A stretch of DNA of 64,000 bases from Mizuhopecten yessoensis (GCF_002113885.1 NW_018408921.1:1934615-1998614); one strand, 5' to 3'. Positions 48,801-59,720 are shown, counted from the stretch's first letter. Notes: generated from the sequence alone by a model not told the origin. Program-made: numbers and translations.

Positions 48801-51659
48801 CCTTTCATCACTGTAGACCATAATGGACTCATCCAGGTCAAAGCATGGTAGAGTCTACTGAAGTTACATAGGGGTGAAAGGGTTAAGCTAACCCCTTCTG
48901 CATGGCATATATAAACTGACTCCGAAATTAATCATGAAGTTTCCTCTTTTTTGGTGAAGTTGTTTGTTGGGAATTCAACATAATCATCCCCCAGTACATT
49001 GTTTTCTTGTTTAAGGAAGTTTTGAACATAAGTCTGAGTATACCGACCCAATTTCCTGTGCAAGTTTGTAAACAGGTTTCTGTAAATTCACCGATATAAT
49101 TGCCTCGTCAAGGTTGGGGTAACAGGACCCTCTGTATGGGCAATAGAAATGAAATCATTGTACATTATGTATATGAAATGGTATACTGATAGGGCCAACT
49201 AAACACTCCCGAAATAATTGTCAATAAGTTATACACAATTTGATATAAGGATATTATCTCTAGAGAGTTGAAAAAATAAATAAAAATTAATCTGTTGTAA
49301 ATGTTTGCTTTACCTAGATACTGGCATAGAAAATCATGTAACGCAGCTTCATCCAACAATTTGGGAGCCAAGATGATGGTTGCTGGTCACATTAGACAGG
49401 GAGTCACTATATACAGGTTTCATATATGTATAGTCTTTTAGAGAAGAAAAAGGTTGTAAAAGATAGGAAGTCACTTTATACAGTGGTGTTCTAGGGCAGG
49501 TTTGACAGTATGTAGATCAAAAAAGATTTTATGGTAGTACCAACGTGTCATGGCCCTAAAATCATTATACAGATTGAAAAGCATGGACAGAATAGGTTCG
49601 CTGATGGTGTCAAAGGTCATCTTCTTATTACAACACATTAGTGGCATGGATACGGGTGGTTGTAAAGTGCAAAGATACTTTTATCCTACACAATAAAAGA
49701 AAAAAAGAGGGAGACTATCGCGGCCAAATAAGGACAGGAAAACGCCAGTTGGCTTTAGCTTATTTAATTGATGAGGTAATTGGGTCACGTTAGAGACTGT
49801 CTTCCTACTGGGGGGGAAGGTAATTTTGTTAATTGATGACTGGCCAAAAGTTAACACTAGTTTATCAGAGCCAATTTGTCCTAGGAGGTTGGTTCCGGTG
49901 GATTTTATCTGTCACAGTTGTCTGAATGGAACCATAGCTGGCCCCAATTATGTATTGATCAGAGAGGCGAGATGGGGGCTCCTTGGGGCTGTTTTAGAGT
50001 TTCATCTGAGTTTTAGGTATGTCTGTTGGCGTTGGTTTCAGACTATTGTGCACACAGATTAAGTACATAAAACTAAGGAGTGATGGGAAAGGCGGGACCC
50101 TCACCGTTGTCAAGGGAACCGTATAATCTCCGACAATATGTGTGTTTGATTACACCAGAGTGGTGTGCCAATCAGACGTAATAGCGTAGGAGAGAAAACA
50201 TGCACTATTACAGTGGTCCTTTGGGACTCCTTTCACAAATCTTGTAGGACTAACGTGTTTGTTAGGGTGAATCAAAACTGTTTTTCTCTTTCTAACATGT
50301 TATTAAACAGAAGTTCCTCCAGAGTTCAGATTGAAATCCGGAGTAAATGGCATTTTGGTGACAATACTTCCTTCATTTTGATTAATGCATAATCCTGGTG
50401 GAAGGGTTTTAGGATTCTATGCTCATTCTGAACTTTAGATTTCATATAACATATACATCCTTACATATTGAATGTTATAAAGCTATTACTTCCGCTTCAT
50501 TATTTTTGGTTTGTAAGGAGTTTTGGTAATTTATTAAGGGAGAGATAAAAGGCGTTTAAATATTTGACATTTTAATCATGGTTTTGTGCACCAAAAGTAT
50601 ATTTACATTTTTGACCACTGACCCCAATCATTGAAACAGTGTTTTTGTGGTATCACTCCAATATAGTTCCACCAGAAATAATCAAATTAAGCTCTGCATG
50701 CATAAGTTGGTACTCCCTGATATAAGACTGGGCGCAAACACTTAATTAACACAGCTCCCTCATTTCAGTGTTGCCCCTCAAATGGTGGGCGACCCGCAAT
50801 ATTTTACCTCAATGCAAATATAACAAAACATCAAATGAAGATGTCAAATACTGCTTTTTGACCTTCGACTGAGCTAGTGACCGATAGTTACAACTAGGTA
50901 CTGTAGAAAATGTAATAACTTCATTCATGCAACATTAACACAGTTAAGCGTGACCAGGAATATTGAAGTTATTGAGAAGTTATGTGATGTTATTGAAGTC
51001 TTTTGAATGATCGAGGGGTGACTTTTGAGTTAAGGAGGAGTAATGTTGAGTTAATGAGGACCTTTGAGTTATGAGGACTTGCGATAGACTGAGGGGGACT
51101 TTTGATTTATGGAAAATTGACATGGAGTTGTTGATTAGTGTACTGAAGTTGTTTAGGAGTGACTGAGTTATTGATGAGTGAACTCAAGTTGTTGAAGAGT
51201 GACCTTGGGTATTGTGTTAGTTTTGAGTTATTGTATGATGTGTGCCCAAATACAAATCGACCATTAAACATGGATGAAAAAAAAAGTTACTTTTGTAAAA
51301 TTTGAAGAATATTGCTGTGTATTGTATTGAACACTAATACTTGTTGTTTTACATTACAGGCAGTTAAACTTCTGCAAATGAATCGGGAGATTACAACACG
51401 ACTCCAGCAATATGAAGCAACTTACACACAGGTGCGCTGTGAAAACCTGCTGATGCAGGAAGAGTTACAGAGACTAGGCGTACTGGTGCCTGACCTCTTG
51501 TCTAAGAAAAAGTACAACGGGCATTATACACCCTCCAAGGGGTCATCAGAGGGGCGCTACACTCCGTCTAAAGGGTCCCCCGACACCTCTCCCACCGGTG
51601 CCACCCCACGACACCACAGCAACCAAACAATGTTCATCAAGAAGGAGAGGGACACTTAA
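11973..51659 (+). CDS. SKI: SKI/SnoN-family transcriptional co-repressor, 7 coding exons, 702 aa (whole gene span)
   Basis: Manual splicing: exons of 906+197+90+224+206+186+300 = 2109 nt, all GT..AG with phases 0,2,2,1,0,0. Contains the N-terminal R-Smad-binding segment, Ski_Sno/DHD domain, SAND-like Smad4-binding domain, [16 protein letters not shown] and a C-terminal coiled coil, as in vertebrate SKI. The single invertebrate gene is co-orthologous to SKI/SKIL. Confidence 0.93.
16751..16841. mobile_element. 91-bp TTAA-flanked micro-MITE, core type A (piggyBac-like)
   Basis: TTAACTCATTCACCCCTGAA...TTCAGAGGTTAATGAGTTAA. Confidence 0.8.
17634..17827. mobile_element. MITE with ~65-bp TIRs, TA-flanked
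   Basis: TATTCCGTCTTTG..GCAGAGTTATCTTCTCTTGTGAGCAGGTATTGATTGTTACGTCA, with its reverse complement at the right end. Confidence 0.85.
18926..19016. mobile_element. 91-bp TTAA micro-MITE, core type C
   Basis: TTAACCCTTTCACC...GGTGAAAGGGTTAA. Confidence 0.85.
19608..19698. mobile_element. 91-bp TTAA micro-MITE, core type B
   Basis: TTAACTCATTCACCCCTA...TAGGAGTGAATGGGTTAA. Confidence 0.8.
20608..20797. mobile_element. Second copy (opposite orientation) of the 17634-17827 MITE
   Basis: Same TIRs; internal segment inverted. Confidence 0.85.
22191..22319 (-). mobile_element. 129-bp TGTCAA...TTGACA element containing a tRNA-like sequence (solo-LTR/TRIM-like or SINE-derived)
   Basis: The minus strand reads TAGCTCATTCGGTAGAGCACAAGACTAGTAAACTAAAGGTCCCTAGTTCGACTCC (A box, AGT anticodon-like loop, B box). 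Confidence 0.55.
22721..22990. mobile_element. Dispersed non-autonomous repeat with an internal inverted repeat (another copy at 63657-63906)
   Basis: GCAAGACCACACACTTG...CAAGTGTGT stem and GGGATTCCCATAAAATGTAGTTCCG end shared with the reverse-complement copy. Confidence 0.75.
23747..23837. mobile_element. 91-bp TTAA micro-MITE, core type C
   Basis: Reverse orientation relative to 18926. Confidence 0.85.
24575..24665. mobile_element. 91-bp TTAA micro-MITE, core type A
   Basis: TTAACTCATTCACCCC...GTGAATGAGTTAA. Confidence 0.85.
26872..27068 (+). CDS. SKI: SKI coding exon 2 ([16 protein letters not shown]...LSAFRPWSP...IMREG)
   Basis: Acceptor ttttcctttgtttgacAG ends at 26871; donor GG|GTAGGT at 27069. 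SAFRPWSP matches vertebrate SKI. Confidence 0.92.
27390..27479 (+). CDS. SKI: SKI coding exon 3 ([31 protein letters not shown]); not in ORF track
   Basis: Strong polypyrimidine tract plus cAG ending at 27389; donor AG|GTGAGT at 27480. 90 nt, symmetric phase 2-2. Confidence 0.88.
27545..27840 (-). mobile_element. Partial copy of the TTAA-flanked, tRNA-carrying element (cf. 38993-39341)
   Basis: Shared blocks GATTGAGCTACCT..GGACAACGGAAGTG and GGGAGG.TACTGTAT...GTGCA.TGGGACA.GGAT.TTTAA. Confidence 0.65.
28560..29290. repeat. Tandem repeat with 107-bp and 144-bp units (~5-6 copies)
   Basis: GGTAGACTACATTTAACTGTA anchors at about 28637, 28744, 28851, 28995 and 29139. Confidence 0.92.
30023..30116. 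mobile_element. TTAA micro-MITE, core type B (diverged)
   Basis: TTAACCCATTCACCCC...AATGAGTATAA; core matches 19608 and 42456. Confidence 0.7.
31061..32175. repeat. Long inverted repeat: ~385-bp arms (31061-31443, 31790-32175) with a 346-bp spacer; each arm ends outwardly in a type A micro-MITE
   Basis: For example GCCAGTGATCTGAGGACTCGCTGGCAGTAATT vs AATTACTGCCAGCGAGTCCTCAGATCACTGGC, and CATTCTATTCCCAGATATTATCAGCTAGAGTCACAGC vs its reverse complement. Confidence 0.95.
32758..32995 (+). mobile_element. tRNA-derived SINE with a conserved central domain (V/Meta-type)
   Basis: GGGGCTGCGGTGGGCGAGTGGTT A box, GGTTCAAGGCC B box, GGTTTTTCTCCGGGTACTCCGGTGTTCCTCCACCA core, CGTTAAA plus A-rich tail. 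Confidence 0.8.
33081..33175. mobile_element. TTAA micro-MITE, core type C
   Basis: TTAACCCTTTCACCCCTA...GGTGAAAGGGTAAA. Confidence 0.8.
33426..33649 (+). CDS. SKI: SKI coding exon 4 ([18 protein letters not shown]...SSQLSDG); not in ORF track
   Basis: Acceptor ttattcattAG ends at 33425; donor G|GTCAGT at 33650. APNVSLAP resembles vertebrate SKI APNVALAP. Confidence 0.9.
34134..34339 (+). CDS. SKI: SKI coding exon 5 (start of coiled coil: [27 protein letters not shown]...KKSLKQ)
   Basis: Acceptor tttcatattttcAG ends at 34133; donor CAG|GTATGA at 34340. Aligns by eye with the SKI segment ELEHLRQAL...KEKFL...KRSLHQ. The ORF track shows a different frame. Confidence 0.9.
34421..34641 (+). mobile_element. 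tRNA-derived SINE, same family as 32758 (a fragment also at ~24757-24825)
   Basis: GGGGCCGCGGTGG.., CCACCACTGGGTC, GTTCGAGGCCTAC, CATAGCTGT..GGACGTTAAA plus (CAAA)n tail. Confidence 0.8.
34906..35091 (+). CDS. SKI: SKI coding exon 6 (coiled coil [16 protein letters not shown]...KDNIE)
   Basis: Acceptor ttgtttttacAG ends at 34905; donor GAG|GTAAAG at 35092. Heptad-rich; corresponds to ORF 34894..35112. Confidence 0.92.
35620..35785. repeat. ~40-bp tandem repeat x4 (TCATCAATTCT..GATATA.AATACAGAAAATGATGATG)
   Basis: Direct reading. Confidence 0.75.
38358..38786. mobile_element. HINE/DINE-1-like non-autonomous Helentron element, nested in a TACTGT-type MITE (38168-38820)
   Basis: AACAAGAGGCCCATGGGCC start; subterminal IR GGTCACCTGAG (38382) / CTCAGGTGACC (38775); two internal core repeats; (GGACGAC)n microsatellite; terminal hairpin AGGTCACTTGAGCT-AA-AGCTCAGGTGACCT; A-rich flanks. 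Confidence 0.8.
38993..39341. mobile_element. TTAA-flanked TIR element (Kolobok-like termini) with an internal tRNA-like segment on the minus strand
   Basis: Left end TTAAAGACCCCCGTACCACTAC; right end reverse complement TTAAAGATCCCTGTCCCACTGC; internal rc GGTAGCTCAATCAGTTAGAGCGATAG...TTGAATCCC. Confidence 0.7.
40452..40894. mobile_element. Second HINE-like element (different family, opposite orientation)
   Basis: TTTTTATACGCCCGTC...GACGGGG; two ~150-bp core repeats (TATGAAGTTGTGTCTCCC..TTGCCCTTTGTT); end GTTCCGCCCTGCGGTACTCTTGTT. Confidence 0.7.
41333..41896. repeat. 33-bp minisatellite, ~17 copies
   Basis: AAATAATACCTAGTATATCTTCCCATTGTGTAG; explains the repetitive ORF 41331..41771. Confidence 0.97.
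42456..42546. mobile_element. TTAA micro-MITE, core type B
   Basis: TTAACCTTCTCACCCCTAAAG...TAGGGGCGAATGAGTAAA. Confidence 0.75.
43400..44780. repeat. 47-bp minisatellite, ~29 copies
   Basis: GATATGATGCCACTGTTGCTAGGCATTCATGTATGGTTACTTGTACA. Confidence 0.98.
47665..47945. repeat. ~67-bp tandem repeat x3 with flanking duplication
   Basis: GAATACATAGAACTTTTGAAA..AGGTATTTCATGATATTTTG repeats. Confidence 0.8.
48796..48886. mobile_element. 91-bp TTAA micro-MITE, core type C
   Basis: TTAACCCTTTCA...GGTGAAAGGGTTAA. Confidence 0.85.
51360..51659 (+). CDS. SKI: SKI terminal coding exon 7 ([15 protein letters not shown]...FIKKERDT*)
   Basis: Acceptor ttgttgttttacattacAG ends at 51359, phase 0. Continues the coiled coil and ends at TAA 51657-51659; follows a 16.3-kb intron. 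Confidence 0.85.
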   Translation, partial: AVKLLQMNREITTRLQQYEATYTQVRCENLLMQEELQRLGVLVPDLLSKKKYNGHYTPSKGSSEGRYTPSKGSPDTSPTGATPRHHSNQTMFIKKERDT

Positions 51660-54600
51660 AATACACATCCCTCGCATGACTTACAAGGGGAAGTAACTCT
51701 CACCAACTTTTATGTTGTGATGTTGAAGATCAACAGATAATGGTCCTGGTGTTTTTACAGTGTATAAAGCTTGGAGTATGTTCAGTACGAGCAGTACTGC
51801 CGTGTGTTTGGGCATTAGTATGGATGGGTCAATAGAAAAAATATTCTGTTTTACGATGGAATTATTTTTCTTCCGGAACAACAAGTCTAACATGACAGCA
51901 AAACAGTAGTTGTGTTTTCTACAACATGTTTTGAGCAACAAGAATCCGACACTGAACAAAGACAGGAGTTGTGTAATAATATATATATATACAGTTTAGT
52001 GTTGTACAATTTTATCGGCCAGTGAACCTGTAATGACGACTTAAAGGCAGACTTAATAATAGAAAGGACTTATGTTATATTTATCGTGGATATCATCAAT
52101 ATGTTTAACTCATTCATTGGACATTATCCTGCATAATTTACGTGTGTTTTTGTGACCTTCCTGCGTAGAGATTGTTATCAGGATAACATTGGTCCACATC
52201 CCAACCTTTTCACTGTTGTGAATATGAAAGAAGAACAAATTAGTGAATTCATTCATTTATTGTGTTTGTAAAAAAAAACTTGCAGAGAAAAAGATAGTGT
52301 ATATATATACGTATAGATATATACACATTAAAATAACAATTCAATTTTTTTTCTCTCCCTGATGTTTTCTTCACAATTTCTTCTTGGACTGGAAGGAACT
52401 GTGAAATCTGATATGGCTGTGATGTTCATCTGCTTGTAAACAGTGCTTCGTAGTGTAGTATGTATGTGTGTGTGTGCATATATATAACTTTATGTATTTT
52501 TTTGTGGTCAGTTATCTCCCTTATGTCGAAGCTCTCTTATGAGGGAGGTTCGTTTTGTTTCAGAATGACATATTCTCCCACCAAGAAATTCTTTTTTGAG
52601 AGTTTGTGTGGGAGAGTTTAATCATTAGTAACAAAATCACGCCTCCTTTCCACGGGATTTCTTTTTCCTGAAGTCTCTTGTTTGGAAATATGCTTCCCCA
52701 TAATAGAAGGGGGGAATCATTTGTGTGTAAATAACTTTGAAACAACCATGAATATTGGTCGTGTAGAATAATATAAATAACATAGTCTCTTTTGCTGACA
52801 TTTTGTTTTAGCAAAATTCTCATCGTTTAGTGAATATTTTTGCTGTTTTATGAAACTAGTAAGACTTTTCATTTTTCTCTATTTGAAGAACTGGAAACAT
52901 TTTGAAAAGGTTTCAGTTTTTTGAAAAAGATAAAAGTGATCATGTCATGATCATGCCCCCATTTGTTAAATTGATCAATCACCGAACCATTTGGTCAATA
53001 GTGGTGTGATGTATATAGATACGAATGTTATCTAGATCAAATTACTGCTATTGTTCGTTGACAATATGTGTTACATTTATGACTATTATCGCTCGTTCTT
53101 ATCTTTGATAATTCCGTGCAGTATTTTGAGGACTGTGTGTTGTAATATTATTATTATTACTACTATTAATGTAGGAGATTTATGTGTAAAATGGCATTGG
53201 TTTGATTGTGCTATCAACATTACGGGTCCATGGGCACAGTCTGCTACTTCAGGTTTTAGTCACAGGTGACACAGTTGAAGGGAATTCAAGATTAAATTTT
53301 TGTCTAAATCAACAACTGGATGTTAAATGTGAATTATATTCCAGGTTCTTATACATAGAAAAAAAATCCAATATATTGGCTGAAAAGTTGGAAAGTTGAT
53401 TTCCCTTTATCAGTGTCAGTTGACCTCTGAATTAGTGCACAAGTGATGACAAAAATGAGGCTTTTAGCGGTGCTATCACTATCTCATCATGGGTTGTCTC
53501 CATTTGTCAAATCTTTTCATTCCTATCTGTGTGTAAAGGAAATATCCCATTTCATTGATTCTTGCTATTCCATCTATTGTTTAGGGTTCAGAGGAGAATG
53601 AGTAAGATTTTTACGAGGTTGGATGGCTAAAGATCAAGTAACAAAATGTTTTATATTATCAGGAGTGAACTGATTTGACTGGGAGGGTTAATTTTTACTA
53701 GCACTGTAGCCAGCTTCCCCTGGAAATGGTCAGTGGGTTATTATTTTACTGTGTTTTATATGTCGCAGAACAACGGGGAATTAGGAGTTAACTCCTCCTT
53801 ATCTGGGGAATGCAAGAGTTACTTCCCCATGGCAGCAACTACAATGAACTTCTCTTCCATTGCAAGGCAGCTGGTCATATTAACAGTCCTGCTCGTTTCA
53901 AACCAAGGTTGAGGCAGAAATCCTTAAAGATGTGTAACTTAACTAATTCACCCCTGAAGACCCATTTGAACTCTTCCAATTTAATGGTTGGAATAGATCA
54001 TTATGGAATTTCGGGGGTGAATGTGTTCAGGGTTTACTGGCAACTACTCCAACAAAGTAAGCTGACTTGCAGTGTAGAGAAAGCTAGATTTTTACAGAAG
54101 TGAACATCGACATGTTAAAAATTGTGCAACTTCTGTCAGCCAATCAGAGAGAGGATATATAAGTAGTTTAGGGCTTGTAATACACAATCTGATTGGTTGT
54201 TCAAAAGCAAACCAGGGTGATAATAGTGTCAAGAAATGTATTTTTTTCTCGTTCAAGAGAGGAAATTGTTTTTGTTATTATTATTTATTTTTTTTGCAAT
54301 GAAGAAAGTTGTGTTTTGCATGGACAAAACTTGCTATTACATCACTAGAAAGTTTTAGCTTTTTTAACTGTTATCGATCATGCATGCATCCCGTCGGCCC
54401 ACACTACACCATCACAAGGGCACCTGTTGTGATATTTTACGACACTCAGCGCTGGAGGGGCTATACTGTTATTCATGTTACCAGTTATACAAGTCTTGTG
54501 CCATTCCACACTCGAGATAAACAGACCCCTCCCCTTTTCAAAAACAATAGTAGAAAACTAGCACTCGCCACTAAATCACTTAATAGTTTTCTGTTTTCTG

Positions 54601-57600
54601 CAACATAATCTGAATGGTGAATAATTATAATAAGTCCTCCCTGTTTCATGTCTGTGGCACGTGCACTGCAATCTTAAGATAATGGGCAAAATTATCTAAT
54701 CCTACATGTACAAACTACGACGTAATTGGTTGATCTCGGTCCCCTCATATATAAGATAATATTAGTAATTTTAACTGGAGTTCGGTTATTGCAAGTATAA
54801 CCTTAAGGAAAAGGACCTTTCAAACCTTTTTCTCATTTCAATTTTAAATGAGTTATAGAAATTGAAAAAAAAAAGGCTTTCAGAATTCAGTATGTATTTT
54901 GAACATTGTTTGAGAATTCAGTATGGTTTTGGAATTAGGATTTAATTGTCATTTTAGAAAGGAAAAAGGATTTTTTTTAAACTGAATACCATGCCAAATT
55001 TGATAGAAAAGTTTTAAGCCTTTCCCGGAGGAGGCAAGGTTTGAGAACAGTTATAATCTGGCAGATTATGAGGTAATATCACTAGAAGCCTAGCCGTGTC
55101 TTTATTGATTTCTCCTCCACATGACGCCTCGTCGGTCGGCTGGCTGGCGTACATACAAGGTCCCCCCATTCACAATCAATACAGCACCAGTGTGTCTGTG
55201 GCAGAAGACTTGTCGTAACTTGCGCACTGAAGCTTTTGTTTTTTATTATTGTATATCTGAAGTGCTTGTTGTGAGGGCAGAAGGTGATTGAATCACTGAT
55301 CGCCCGACATATTATATATATATATATATATTTATCTCATCCATAGAGAAAGTTGATGGTCACTTTCACGTTCCATATAATTAGATATAAATATGTCATA
55401 TAATCACATTTAATCTCATCATCATCATTGTCATCATCTATCTTCATGGAATTGTGCATCATAGTCTGTGTATGTTCTCAAATTCAGTGTATACATTTTT
55501 CAAAATAGAAAAAAGCTGTCCTGTTATTGACTGCCAACCAATTCATTGAAATGTCTCGATCATGAAATTTATTACCGTAAAACCAATTCATTTTGACAAA
55601 TATCAAATATGTCTTGTTTTCCCTCTCCAGTATCAGTCACTATTACAAATTGAACATCAACCCCCTCCCCCATCCCCATCCCAAAGGATAGTGACAAAAT
55701 CTATTATTAAAGTGGTTTATTCATGGAAACTATTGATTTATTGGACAAGATTCATATTTTGTCTGTGTATTTTGGATCGTTAGTGTTTGTTACTAGGAAC
55801 CAAATCAAAAGATGTTTTTTAAAATGAGATGTAGTTATTCCCAGCACTTTTGCCAAAAGGTGTTTTGTGTATTGTGTAAAAAATTAGAATATTTGAATAA
55901 ATTAGATGAAAAAAATCATATCCCCAAAAAAACCCGGCTAAGTACAGGAGTAACTACTGTCTTGCTATATATAGGGCATTTTCCATGTCATATTTTGCTT
56001 GTAACAGGTGAGGTCTGTGACCTATTCTATAGCATTGAGCTATCAGAAGTCCATAATTATTACTAACGTTTGCCAGCTTGTTTGTAAGCTTGTGGCTTGA
56101 TTTGTTTTCTTCACAGAAATTCTGTTTTTGTCATATTTAGATCAATATGAAGTACATCCGTATCTGGCGCAACCTAAAAAATGATCAGAAGATTTTTGCA
56201 GATTTTTTACCCAATCTGTTCAAAATCTCTATTTTGTTTTTTAATCAGACTCAAGTTTGGTTTTTTTCATAAGAGAAACCAAGTTAGAGAAATTCAGAAA
56301 GCTGATATATAAAATTATAGAAAAAAATATTTTCACGAGAATTCAGCGCAAGGATAAAAACTTAATGTGCAAGAAATGCAAAATTACATGGAATTTTGCA
56401 CAAAGGAGTTGTTTTTTTGGAGAAGCTTTATTGAAGAACAAATCTTAAATGATTATCATGAGAGCTAAAACGTATAGGTGCGTCTGTACTTCTGTACCTT
56501 CTATATAGGGAACTTCAATCCAGTTGTCTCCCTTGTTCTACTGCTGTGTGATGTTCATTTACGATCCTTCAAAACTTATTGTGTGTGGCCAGTTACATGA
56601 TGGAACTGTGTTATATAATTCTTGCATCTATTTTTTTTTCGGGAATTACAGAAATTCAATTCGAGGAAACGGAAAACATTGTATATGTTAAAAGGAGAAA
56701 TATGAAAGTTTTGATCGGCAAATTATCAATCTGGGTAATTTAAATAGAATATTATTCATAAGAAAATATTATTTCTAAAGATAATATAAAATATTTCTGA
56801 AGTGAGGGTGTCAGAAATGTATAACATCATGCTATGTTTTTATACTAGTGGCTTGAATATTTGTACTGTCTGTCCCGTCATCACACTATCATATATGACA
56901 GCAAGATTGATGTTTTTTATTTTGCCATATATGCACTTTAATGCTTGTTGCAGCAAATTATGTTGACAAACATTGTGGAGGAATTTGTATTTATTGTTAA
57001 CATCGGACATGTTACTTTTTTTCTCTCTCTGAAATTGAATTTAATTCTCTGCCATTTTCATTGTAATTCTGTACCAAATATCCTATATCAAATATCAACC
57101 ATTTTGATTTGGTTTCAGAAAAGAAATTATTGAATATATATTTGGTTGTCTCAATAATATACACATTTGTACATTTTGAGGTCATCATCAAATTCTCAAA
57201 GGTTCACCATTAAATTATTTCACACCTTAGACACATAATATGCAACTTGTATGCTGACGTGTTTTGATCTCTGCTGATTTATGATTTGTTTAAATAATTT
57301 GATATAAGTTATGATTCATGTATAATGCACTGTAATATTAATTGCTTGATGCACTAATTATGCTTTGTTTAGTTGACCATGTACACCTTTGACCTTTTAC
57401 CAAGACGAGGTAAATTAAAAGATATAAATGTGGACACTTCTGCCACGTCACAAGGGGTGCAGGAAGACCGTGTGTTTGTTTGTAAGTTGACCGAGTGGCT
57501 CCATGTCAGTTTTGATGCTGTGATTGTTGATCTGTGGATCTGAGGTATGAACAAGTGTTGTAGGCTAGCTTTCATTGTAAGTGTGTATCAGACTGTTGTT

Positions 57601-59720
57601 TGAATCTGTGTCAGAGGTGTTGTATGGAAATGAGTGTGAATAGCGAAGTGTTGTACGAGTAAATGCTGGCTCTAAAGTCAAAGTGAATCCTTAGCTTTTG
57701 TCAAATTTATGTATTTTTAATGGAAAAGGCAGGAAATTAACGTATTTGTTTTTTTGGAAAACTAAAATTTCAGGGATGAAGGAATTACAAATGTGAATTA
57801 TTTTGTAGAAAATAACGCAGTTGGATAGCGCGAATAAATTGGTTGGTCTTGAAATATAAAATTGACTGATCTTGAACTAATTGTTTGGTTAGGAGGAACT
57901 TATCTGATGGTCTGGTCGAACTTATCAAATAAGTTTAAATCTTTGTGCTTATTGACAAGTTTGATTGGATGAATCAATTGATGAGTTTGATAAACCTAAA
58001 AGTTGTTCAGAATTGTCATTGTATCATTTGATTACAATTATAAAATTAAGATGGGACTATTGAATTTGATTCAATATTTGTCTTGTGAGCTATGTGTTCA
58101 GTGTGTTTGTAAAACTGTTGATGAGAGTTTGTGCAAATTTTTAATGTTAAAGTGTCATTTGTAATGTATGTACAAGTGTAAATTTCTGTCCATTTTTGAC
58201 AGATTTTTTAAGTGTAAATGAGACAGTGAAAAAAAAGTTATGGCAGAGAGTTATTGTGGACGGTCGGACAGAATATCTTCCTCACTAAAAGGCGATTATT
58301 AGGTGTTTCCCGGTATAAAACATTTAGTGCCATGTTTTCTGTTCAGATCGAGGCTTCCCTTGGTTGCCACGGTTACCGGTTTTCTCTGTAATGCTGAGTA
58401 GAATAGGGCTAGCTCTTTCCGGTGACGTGACTTTGTTAATTATTTATTTTCAAGAATTACATTTTTTTCTTTCCTTGTAGTAGGATTTTGTTTGTTTGAC
58501 TCCATGACCTCGAGCCACAAATTGGCCGAGGTGAAGGACATGGTAATTATTATAAGCTGATAGCATGCGTTGGTGATGCCCGGTGTTTCCCCTGTTGTAT
58601 ATAATATTTCTTAATTTGTTTTATTTTTTTAAACAAGTAATTAACATCATAAGAACATTGAAAAAGCACAACGCACACGCATTCTCCTTTGTATAGTTAC
58701 ACCCTGACAGGCGCCTTGTCGTTCCGTAGATTGTTACTGTGGTTACGTGTCTTTCCTCTGTTATATAGCGATATACCTCCAGTTATAACCTTGTGATCCC
58801 CTTAGGCAGGTCTATCGTCAGAAAATGTGCTTTCCTTCTGTTTCTTCCTTGTCTTTCCACTCGTATGTAATTACCTCACAGAAAACCTGTCAATTCGTAT
58901 GGAAAATTGGAACCAATTCTCAGAAAGAAACCTATTTTATTGGTGCATTATATACTTACATATTTCATCAAAACCACAACCACATGGATTAGGTGTAGTC
59001 CAGCTGGGGTTGAAATTATAGCTCATGACTTTAAATGTTCATTATTTTCGTGTAAATTTTCATATATATCCGAGTGACCTTTCTGTGACATTCAACCTCT
59101 GGTATTAGGCAGTGCAATATCAATATATATATATATATGTTGCGATGTATATATATGCGATGAGAAAGGTCACCTCTGTTATGTGAAAGTAAGCACCATT
59201 TATATAAAACTGATTTCAAAACCATGTAAATGACAAAAGGTCAGTCAAGATTCCTAATGTTTTTTCTCCATCTGGTATGGAAACTGATGTTGGGTTGATT
59301 AGTTTTTGCTGATTAAATTAATTTAAATATATTTGATAGAATATCTGTATGATATTCTTCAGAACAATAACATACTGAGTGTATAAATCTTTAGTAGACT
59401 TTCCTGTGTATAATAAATTTAAACAGTGCTCTATTATTTTTGTTTTAAATATATGTTATGACGAAATGAAAGAATCGGAAAATTTTGAATTTTTCATTTG
59501 TAGACAATTTTTTTTTTTTCTGAATCTGGCCGCAAGCTGCCGATGTGTTAGGTAGAGTTCCCTATATCCATGGCAATGCTGTCGGTGTGTGTTACATGTT
59601 CTGTGTTACAAAGTGTATTTCGTTTGATTTGTTAAAACTGGTATATGGACGCCATGTTTTCCACCAAAACTGACATTATTTTAAATAAATTGCCTGTTAT
59701 GAAAAACAAAATTTGTTGGC
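51660..59720 (+). other. Putative long SKI 3' UTR (about 8 kb) ending near AATAAA at 59412 or 59684
   Basis: U-rich and nearly repeat-free compared with the introns, with several TGTATATA motifs. Satellite-rich DNA resumes at about 59960. Confidence 0.5.
53939..54029. mobile_element. TTAA micro-MITE, core type A, inside the putative 3' UTR
   Basis: TTAACTAATTCACCCCTGAAGAC...TTCGGGGGTGAATGTGTTCA. Confidence 0.75.
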
